This document shows positions 9,852-11,019 of a DNA stretch of 11,019 nt, in pieces. The stretch comes from a virus (taxonomy: Duplodnaviria; Heunggongvirae; Uroviricota; Caudoviricetes), in the IMG/VR virus record IMGVR_UViG_2600254997_000001. The stretch is one strand, 5' to 3'. The notes beneath the pieces are model-generated. The model saw only the letters and a program-made list of their open reading frames with translations. It was not told the origin of the DNA and did not search any database. The position numbers and the translations under genes were made by a program. Position 1 is the first letter of the stretch. Each line of letters begins with the position of its first letter.

Positions 9852-10148
9852 GTGGAATTAATTGAGGCAACCCCAAAGCCTTCCTGTCAACTTGTTTCAA
9901 GTGCTACCAGTCATGAACACAGGAATATAAACATCCAAATAAATTCTCTTATTGAAAAACACAGCAGTGAGTTGGCGAAAGTATCAGGAGCAAAGGAGAT
10001 TTATGAAGAATTGATAGTTGCTGTGCCGAGCAGGAAAAATGAATTCAGGAAGCTTTCTCTTGAACAAGAGAAAAAACACATTAAGATAAATGAAAAAATA
10101 AACACATTAATTGGAATTATTAATCAATCTGTTGCAATAATGCAATGA
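9852..10148 (+). CDS. Hypothetical Lys/Glu-rich, probably helical protein (98 aa from a GTG); may be the C-terminal continuation of the 9588 ORF interrupted by one stop codon
   Basis: Same frame as 9588-9830. No in-frame ATG and no Shine-Dalgarno before the GTG at 9852. No recognisable catalytic motif. Confidence 0.3.
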   Translation: MELIEATPKPSCQLVSSATSHEHRNINIQINSLIEKHSSELAKVSGAKEIYEELIVAVPSRKNEFRKLSLEQEKKHIKINEKINTLIGIINQSVAIMQ

Positions 10149-10187
10149 GTTTTAACAAGTATTTGAAGCTAAATGGAGTCATGAAAA

Positions 10188-10216
10188 AGAGAGGGCAAAG
10201 CCGAACTCCGCCCTCT
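10188..10216 (-). terminator. Candidate rho-independent terminator for the minus-strand HNH gene (stem GAGAGGGC/GCCCTCTC, 13-nt loop, followed on the minus strand by TTTTT)
   Basis: Read from the sequence. On the minus strand the 3' arm is followed by a T5 run (10183-10187 on plus). It lies about 150 nt downstream of the HNH stop. The 13-nt loop is larger than typical. Confidence 0.35.
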
Positions 10217-10368
10217 CCCTTCAAGCACTGATATGTCTCATTAAAATGAGATTAACAGCGCGCCCCCCTATATACTAGTCGTATATAAATATAATGTTAG
10301 CCAGTACCGGATGCAACTCTTTAATGAAGTTCAGCACTCTCTTTTTTTTAGTTGTCGAAACTTTATGG

Positions 10369-11019
<651 letters not shown>

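Noticed and set aside
10180-10230. 16-codon mini-ORF (MKKRGQSRTPPSPFKH) preceded by GGAG
   Set aside because: It coincides with the GC-rich terminator-like hairpin; too short and unconserved to call, likely incidental.

Overview
The window reads as a dif-proximal stretch of an enterobacterial-type chromosome carrying two adjacent mobile elements and a short AT-rich accessory segment. (1) Bases 1-2974 are the 3' morphogenesis module of a filamentous (inovirus-type) prophage: a pIII-like C-terminal fragment, a pVI-like gene, a Zot/pI-like ATPase and a pIV secretin, the last two broken into several reading frames. (2) At 3235-3262 there is a 28-bp site matching the E. coli dif XerC/XerD site at 27 of 28 positions, as I recall that sequence. 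(3) Starting 84 bp later, 3346-8863 is a tightly packed four-gene operon: three tyrosine recombinases of unusual size (487 aa, about 416 aa with an apparent +1 frameshift at the LLGH box, about 788 aa) followed by a small helical DNA-binding-type protein, with overlapping stop/start codons. This is the architecture I know for GInt-type islands (ginABCD), and I rate it the most interesting system here. (4) 8864-11019 is lower-GC cargo: an XRE HTH regulator and a DUF2384-like (MbcA/ParS antitoxin toxin-binding-domain-like) ORF split at a T6/A6 run with no RES toxin partner, twin CTTAG-N5-CTAAG palindromes in a divergent promoter region, two small same-frame ORFs separated by one TAA, and a convergent HNH-motif nuclease gene that starts at the window edge. 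No rRNA, tRNA or CRISPR array was seen. All protein calls rest on motifs read by eye; no database search or alignment was run. Apparent gene disruptions are many and often sit at homopolymer runs, so genome decay and sequencing error cannot be separated from sequence alone.
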